From IMG/VR virus record IMGVR_UViG_3300024518_005299, positions 1 to 64,000 of that record: a DNA stretch of 64,000 bases. One strand, given 5' to 3'. Position 1 is the first letter of the stretch. Each line of letters starts with the position of its first letter. Both the position numbers and the translations under genes were made by a program. Below are positions 58,548-64,000 of the stretch, piece by piece. This DNA is from a virus. The notes beneath the pieces are model-generated. The model made no database searches, was not told the DNA's origin, and saw only the letters and a list, made by a program, of their open reading frames with translations.

Positions 58548-59289
58548 ATTTATTACATTAAGTGGAAAAAAACAGACTGGCAAGGATAGCGCCGCAAAGA
58601 TTATTCGTCAGTACTTAGTAAGTGAGAGCTTTAGTTTTTGTTTAGATAATGAAGGCGTAGTGCGCCTACAAAGCTCCGTAGGTATTGGTCCTTTAGGTGT
58701 GGAGGGGATTAATCGTGTGCACGTTGTGCATTTTGCAGACGCTCTCAAAAAGGCATGCAATATCATTTTTGGTATTCCATTAGAAGACATGGAGACTGAA
58801 GAGGGAAAACAGAAGGTAACACATGTAAAATGGCCATGCAATATGGCATCATATGATATTGATCAGGAGCCGACATGGGTCCCCTCTAGTCGGTATATTG
58901 ATTATTGTCATAAGAATAATCGTGAAATTAATGGTGGCGCTAGCCACATGACCGTTCGCGAGATTCTTCAATTTGTAGGAACTGATCTTCTGAGGAATCA
59001 ACTAGATCCAGATATCTGGGTAGAGTCAGTATTTCGTCAACCATGGAAAGAAGACGATGTTGTGATCATTGCAGATGCACGCTTCCCCAATGAAGCAGAT
59101 ATCGCCCTTCAACATGGGTTGTTGATCAATATTGAACGTGAAACTAATTTGGCGAGTGATGGACATAGGTCCGAAACAGCCTTGAATGATTATGCTGATT
59201 ATCATTATAGTGTGGATAATAATAGCTCTGTGGATGATTTCGTTATGCATTTAAATAATGTGATGTCAGAACAGAATATCTTAACATGA
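58540..59289 (+). CDS. deoxynucleoside monophosphate kinase
   Basis: P-loop SGKKQTGKDS, HFADALK, REILQFVGT, IADARFPNE, HRSE. Confidence 0.9.
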   Translation: MAKFITLSGKKQTGKDSAAKIIRQYLVSESFSFCLDNEGVVRLQSSVGIGPLGVEGINRVHVVHFADALKKACNIIFGIPLEDMETEEGKQKVTHVKWPCNMASYDIDQEPTWVPSSRYIDYCHKNNREINGGASHMTVREILQFVGTDLLRNQLDPDIWVESVFRQPWKEDDVVIIADARFPNEADIALQHGLLINIERETNLASDGHRSETALNDYADYHYSVDNNSSVDDFVMHLNNVMSEQNILT

Positions 59290-60296
59290 AAATACCATAC
59301 GTTTCACCTTCACGCTTAAAGACTGCTGATGCTTGTGAATTTAAATACTTTCTTCATTATATATGGGGGTGGAGCGATGAGCTATTTACTTATACGTTCT
59401 GCAGCGAGTTTGGTAGTGCAGTCCATTACACGCTTGAGGAGTATGCGGAGTCTAAAGGTACGGCTGATTACAAAGCTATCTATCATAAGCATGTAATGGA
59501 CCTAAAGCCTTTTATGAAAGATATGAATAACGCGCCGTCGAAAGCCCGTGGTTCGTTTTTTGTTGAAAAAGATTGTGAGTTTTGTCCATTTTTTGGTGTA
59601 GAAGACGGGACTTGTGGCGTAATGCCTTTTGTTGTTGAGGACATCGTCACCCTATATAATGTTGATGAGTTTGAGGGCTGTCCCAAGAAACTATATAACG
59701 AGGGGCTAGGCATGGTTGAAGATGCCATCGTTCGTTATGGTGAATATTTTGACACAGGTGTTAAAAGCAAGGATAATCCTAACGGTAAGGTAATCGGTAT
59801 TGAGGCTCCTACTAGAAAAGAGGCTGATCCAGAAGGTCCACATATCACGTGGGGTGTTGATAAGGATGATGAGCCCATCAATATGAATGGGTTTATTGAT
59901 CTAGTTGTTGAGTATGATAAGGAAACACTATTAATTATTGATTACAAAACAGGATATTCTGTTCCTGAGTATGAGAAGTTTCTTCAAGACCTTCAGCCTA
60001 GAATGTATTCCTATGCGGCAAAGCGCATGTATCCTCAATATAAATATCACTGGGTGCAGTTTGATTACTTTAGAAGCCTAGTACCTTTAGAGCATGCATT
60101 TACAGATGAAGATGATGAGCTGACGCGGCAATACGTGGTTGAGCTTTATCATAAAATTAAAGATGCGCGCTCAATCAAGCGTCGTGGAGAAGACTGGTAT
60201 TGTAAACATCTATGTAATCGTCCATTCTGTGATCAAAAATGGAAAGAATTATTAAACGGCTTAGACGGCTCTAATCCCAACCCTCCCAAAAGATGA
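59286..60296 (+). CDS. PD-(D/E)XK exonuclease (AddB/Cas4-like, Fe-S staple)
   Basis: SPSRL...C, FGSAVH, GFIDLV...IIDYKTG, Q..MY, C-terminal CxxxCxxxxC. Confidence 0.85.
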   Translation: MKIPYVSPSRLKTADACEFKYFLHYIWGWSDELFTYTFCSEFGSAVHYTLEEYAESKGTADYKAIYHKHVMDLKPFMKDMNNAPSKARGSFFVEKDCEFCPFFGVEDGTCGVMPFVVEDIVTLYNVDEFEGCPKKLYNEGLGMVEDAIVRYGEYFDTGVKSKDNPNGKVIGIEAPTRKEADPEGPHITWGVDKDDEPINMNGFIDLVVEYDKETLLIIDYKTGYSVPEYEKFLQDLQPRMYSYAAKRMYPQYKYHWVQFDYFRSLVPLEHAFTDEDDELTRQYVVELYHKIKDARSIKRRGEDWYCKHLCNRPFCDQKWKELLNGLDGSNPNPPKR

Positions 60297-60670
60297 TGGA
60301 AGATCCACGCTGTAAATATTTATGGGGTCAGCCTAAAGATATGACAGTTGATCAAAAATTTAGGTTGTTGTTACGTTTATTGCGTAAATACTTCCCACCA
60401 GATTTCCCTGTGCGTGTTCGTCGTGTGACAAAAGACCTTTTGGGTCCTGACGCTCCTCATGGTATAGTTTGGATGGTAAACGAGGGTAAACCCAATTCGT
60501 ATTATAAAATCCTTATTAATAAAAATTATCCATGGAATTCACAATTTGATACAGTCATGCATGAATGGGCGCATACGCTCACCTGGCATATAGTAGGTAA
60601 TGGTAAAGATCATGGCGACCCCTTTCATCGTTGTTTCGGTAGTTTGTATCGAGCTTTTGTAGAAGATTAA
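60293..60670 (+). CDS. HEXXH zinc metalloprotease (SprT-like)
   Basis: TVMHEWAH...HGDPF. Confidence 0.7.
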   Translation: MMEDPRCKYLWGQPKDMTVDQKFRLLLRLLRKYFPPDFPVRVRRVTKDLLGPDAPHGIVWMVNEGKPNSYYKILINKNYPWNSQFDTVMHEWAHTLTWHIVGNGKDHGDPFHRCFGSLYRAFVED

Positions 60671-60673
60671 AAA

Positions 60674-61060
60674 ATGATTTATAACTTTCAATGTAGGACT
60701 TGCCAAGCAGATCTAGAAGTGATATTTGCCGCTAGTGAATATGATAATAAGGTAACTGCGGATAACAGGCTCAAGCGTAAAAAATGTGAGAAATGCAACT
60801 CGATTTCGTTTTATCGACACATAATAGAGGCACCAAGCGTCTTGGGTGGAAATAAAGGTTACGTGAGTATGGAGCGCTGGCAACAGAATAATCCAGACCA
60901 CGCCAAAAAACACGAAGAAGAACTTAAAAACAAAATGGAAGACCGTCATCGTAAGCGCGTGCTTAATAAGATCAACAAGCAGATAGGCGGCGACCGGAGC
61001 GAGGATAGGCATAAGGATTATGGTAGCGGCAAGGAAGAAAAGTTAGACTCTAATGATTAG
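60674..61060 (+). CDS. FmdB-like zinc ribbon protein
   Basis: MIYNFQCRTC...CEKC. Confidence 0.7.
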   Translation: MIYNFQCRTCQADLEVIFAASEYDNKVTADNRLKRKKCEKCNSISFYRHIIEAPSVLGGNKGYVSMERWQQNNPDHAKKHEEELKNKMEDRHRKRVLNKINKQIGGDRSEDRHKDYGSGKEEKLDSND

Positions 61061-61340
61061 GACTCAAGAATCTCTTGATGAGCTACTGCAGTCGTGTGAA
61101 TATGCCGCTTACGTTGACCACGCGATAGGCTCACACAACCCTCATATGCTTTGGACTATTCTTGGTGATCTGCGCTACAATCTATTATGGATTATCATGC
61201 GTGATGATACTAATGAATTATTCATTGAATGTATTATGCCTACGGTCTCTCCATTAAACGTAGACGGAATTCATATGGATGACGCACAACTCGTGCAAGA
61301 ACATAGCGATTATATGTTTGATAAATATAAGAATAAGTGA
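61053..61340 (+). CDS. hypothetical protein
   Basis: Overlapping co-oriented ORF. Confidence 0.7.
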   Translation: MIRTQESLDELLQSCEYAAYVDHAIGSHNPHMLWTILGDLRYNLLWIIMRDDTNELFIECIMPTVSPLNVDGIHMDDAQLVQEHSDYMFDKYKNK

Positions 61341-61381
61341 ATAATATGGCGAAGGCAAGGAAGAAAAATTGAGCGACCAAA

Positions 61382-61999
61382 GTGATGGTATATAATTATA
61401 ATAAACATTACTTTGATAATATTGATTCGGCTGAAAAGGCTTATTGGTTGGGCTTTCTTTGGGCTGACGGATGTCTTTTTAATAGCAAGACTCATCCTAA
61501 ACATGTTATTTTTTCACTTCATAAAAAAGATAGATTGTCTATTAAGACGCTTTTAAATGCGCTCGAATCTAATCATCCAATTCGTACTCAGAAAAATAAA
61601 TATGATCGTGTAGAATTTTACGGTGCAGATTTTTATGATTCTCTTTTTCAAAAAGGATTTGAACCCCGTAAGTCTAAGTTAAATAGGATACCAAAATTTC
61701 CCTCAAGATATGATTTTGATTTTATAAGAGGCGTTTTTGATGGTGATGGATGTGTTTATTATCATCAAGCTCGCAATCAAACCTGTGTTGAAATAGCTGG
61801 TAATTTTAAAATAGTTGATTATATTTTAAACGTTATGCAGTTCGGCACATGTTCTCGTATGTCTTTGAAAGGTACTTGGCGTTGGAGGGCTTCTGGTAAT
61901 CAGGTAGCTAAAAGATTCGCACAAAACATTTATTATGATAATAATATAATATGTATGAAAAGAAAACGTGAAAAATTTAAGAGGTTTATTAATGTCTGA
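61382..61999 (+). CDS. LAGLIDADG homing endonuclease
   Basis: YWLGFLWADGCL and FIRGVFDGDGC. Confidence 0.9.
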   Translation: MMVYNYNKHYFDNIDSAEKAYWLGFLWADGCLFNSKTHPKHVIFSLHKKDRLSIKTLLNALESNHPIRTQKNKYDRVEFYGADFYDSLFQKGFEPRKSKLNRIPKFPSRYDFDFIRGVFDGDGCVYYHQARNQTCVEIAGNFKIVDYILNVMQFGTCSRMSLKGTWRWRASGNQVAKRFAQNIYYDNNIICMKRKREKFKRFINV

Positions 62000-64000
62000 C
62001 AAAAAAATGGCGCATTTACATTGTCATACCCGTCATTCTTTTTTAGATGGTCAATCTTCTATAAAAAAATTGGTTGCTAGAGTAAAAGAATTAGGGATGG
62101 AGTCTTTGGCGGTTACCAACCATGGTAATATATTTTGCTGTGTTGAGTTTTATCAAGAGTGTAAAAAGGTAGGCATCAAACCCATCATGGGTATGGAAGC
62201 CTATCTTACTGATGATCACGCGAATAAAACTAGGCATGCTCATCACCTTATTCTACTAGCTGAGAATGAGATTGGTTGGAATAATATTGTACGATTGACA
62301 ACTAGAGCTAATGAAAACACTTATTACAAGCCCCGAATTGACTTTAAGGATCTAGCTGAACATAAAGAAGGATTGATTGTTCTCACAGCTTGTATGGCTG
62401 GCCCTGTATCATATTGGTTATTTGATAAGATGACGTGGGCAAAACCAGGTGAGGAGTCTGTACTAAAAGAGGCAGCCAATATACCAAAAGCCTACGAATA
62501 CTTGAGAGAGCTAGTAAAGATAATTGATTCAGACAACCTCTTCTTAGAAGTGCAAGATGGAGGTATTCCAGAGCAGCTTATTATTAATGACCGACTGCGT
62601 AAAATGGCAGCAGAATTTAATCTACCAGTAGTAGCAACCCAAGACTCCCATTACGTATATAAAGAAGATGCTGCGGCGCACGGTTTTTTAAAGGCAATAG
62701 CGTGGGGTAAGGCTGGAGTTCCAGCAGGAGAGAGTGGATTCTCGACCGAAGAATTCTACATTAAGTCTAGAGAGGAATGGCTGGAGGGCTCGGATCTTAC
62801 CGAAGCAGAAGTGGATAAGACGCATGAGATTGCTTCTAGATGCAATGTTACACTACCACTTCATCAGATGCGACTACCCAAATATCCCACTACAGACCCA
62901 CGCCCTTCTATTGAAATACTAAAAGAGAGGGCGCGCAAGGGTTGGACGCGTCGTAAAATTGAGGATAAGAATGAAGTATATGCCAAACGAGCTAAGCATG
63001 AGCTGGCTGATATTGAGCAAGCCGGTCTGGCTGATTATTTTCTTATTGTTTCTGATATTACGGACTATTGTCGTGATAATGACATTCTGCTTAGCCCCAG
63101 TCGTGGCAGTGCTGGGGGCAGTCTTATCAGTTTTCTCCTCGGGATCACACAGCTAGACCCTATTCAGTATGATTTGATTTGGGAGCGATTCTATAACGCT
63201 GGGCGTATTGGCTCGATGCCAGATATTGATACTGACGTGGAGAAGAGCCGCCGTGACGAAGTCATTGAATATATCCGCAAACGCTTTGGAGAAAAGAGAG
63301 TGGCGCAAATCGTTACCCTCTCTTCTCTAGGTGCTAAACAAGTAGTACGTGATGTTTTTAAAGTCGCGGGTGTTGATGAAAATACCAAGAATATCATAGC
63401 TGGATTGATACCAGCTAAGAATGATGACCATACTTCCATTAGCTTGGCAGAAGCCATTAAGGCAGTTCCCAAGCTTAAAGAGTATGCGGAGGATGATGAC
63501 AAGTTTGACATTAAAAGGTATGGAAGGGTTATTCGAACAACGTCCTGGAGGGAGCTGTTTGACATCGCCCAACGTTTAGAGGGGTGCTATAAGACTTCTG
63601 GGGTGCATGCCGCTGCAGTTGTTATTGCCGATGATGATTTTGATAATGCTGGTATACCTTTGGTAAGAGCGAAGGGTGAAGATAATAAGCCAAAAATGAT
63701 CTGTGGATGGGACATGGATACCATTGATACTTTTGGGTTGTTGAAGGTGGATATGTTAGGGCTCGCTACTCTAGATGTTCTTAGGTCTGCCCTTGCAATG
63801 ATCAAGGCTCGTCACGTAGAGCATGCGGATATGCCTAAACCTCAAGAGTTTTTGAATAATTTAAAGCTAGATGATAAGAAAGTTTTTGAGGTACTACTAC
63901 ATGGTCATACTCAAGGGGTTTTTCAACTAGAATCGAACTTAGGTAAGTCATGGTCTAAGAAATGTAAACCAACTAATATTGAAGAGATTGCAGAATTGAC
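61992..64000 (+). CDS. dnaE: DNA polymerase III alpha subunit, 3' end beyond the window (absent from ORF track)
   Basis: PHP HLHCHT...S.LDG, KPIMGME, RGSAGGSL, PDIDTD, HAAAVVI, LLKVDMLGL, GVFQLES. Confidence 0.95.
   Translation, partial: MSDKKMAHLHCHTRHSFLDGQSSIKKLVARVKELGMESLAVTNHGNIFCCVEFYQECKKVGIKPIMGMEAYLTDDHANKTRHAHHLILLAENEIGWNNIVRLTTRANENTYYKPRIDFKDLAEHKEGLIVLTACMAGPVSYWLFDKMTWAKPGEESVLKEAANIPKAYEYLRELVKIIDSDNLFLEVQDGGIPEQLIINDRLRKMAAEFNLPVVATQDSHYVYKEDAAAHGFLKAIAWGKAGVPAGESGFSTEEFYIKSREEWLEGSDLTEAEVDKTHEIASRCNVTLPLHQMRLPKYPTTDPRPSIEILKERARKGWTRRKIEDKNEVYAKRAKHELADIEQAGLADYFLIVSDITDYCRDNDILLSPSRGSAGGSLISFLLGITQLDPIQYDLIWERFYNAGRIGSMPDIDTDVEKSRRDEVIEYIRKRFGEKRVAQIVTLSSLGAKQVVRDVFKVAGVDENTKNIIAGLIPAKNDDHTSISLAEAIKAVPKLKEYAEDDDKFDIKRYGRVIRTTSWRELFDIAQRLEGCYKTSGVHAAAVVIADDDFDNAGIPLVRAKGEDNKPKMICGWDMDTIDTFGLLKVDMLGLATLDVLRSALAMIKARHVEHADMPKPQEFLNNLKLDDKKVFEVLLHGHTQGVFQLESNLGKSWSKKCKPTNIEEIAEL

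Noticed and set aside
57860-58560. Group I intron around this and other HEGs
   Set aside because: HEG ORFs fill the gaps, leaving no room for a ribozyme core, and the downstream kinase has its own complete start
59286-60296. CRISPR-Cas system (Cas4-like nuclease)
   Set aside because: No repeat-spacer array and no other cas genes
1-64000. Stop-codon reassignment
   Set aside because: Genes tile the window under the standard code, and TAG, TGA and TAA all end genes
9371-64000. Inteins in TerL, RecA, DnaB or DnaE
   Set aside because: Catalytic motifs are contiguous; no splice-junction motifs seen
1-64000. tRNA or rRNA genes
   Set aside because: No cloverleaf-compatible sequence in the few short intergenic gaps

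Overview
64-kb segment of a large, probably uncultured, tailed dsDNA phage; standard genetic code throughout. No tail sheath gene and a 2052-aa tape measure suggest a long non-contractile tail. Layout: (1) 1-2453, a GC-richer leftward cluster of small genes whose leaders share repeats; (2) 2454-2828, a divergent intergenic region with G-tracts; (3) 2829-9374, small rightward genes including a sigma-like factor and a frameshifted ERCC4-type nuclease; (4) 9371-52449, the virion module (terminase, portal, protease/scaffold, decoration, capsid, neck, tail tube, chaperones, tape measure, hub and LamG proteins); (5) 52506-64000, replication genes (RecA, DnaB, DnaG, NDT-like, dNMP kinase, PD-(D/E)XK nuclease, DnaE running off the end). 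Nine homing-endonuclease-type genes (4 GIY-YIG, 3 LAGLIDADG, 2 HNH) sit at gene junctions. Main observations: the endonucleases appear to invade gene starts and bring a replacement for what they interrupt (a synonymously recoded duplicate of the dNMP kinase 5' end; a duplicated promoter motif); a Ser-Gly dipeptide is strongly and domain-specifically enriched in tail proteins (possible modification sequon); and a single-block motif (T/C)TAGTGTAT(A/T)A precedes late genes, alongside a sigma-like protein with an atypical region 4. Family calls come from motifs recognised by eye, not database searches; counts are manual.
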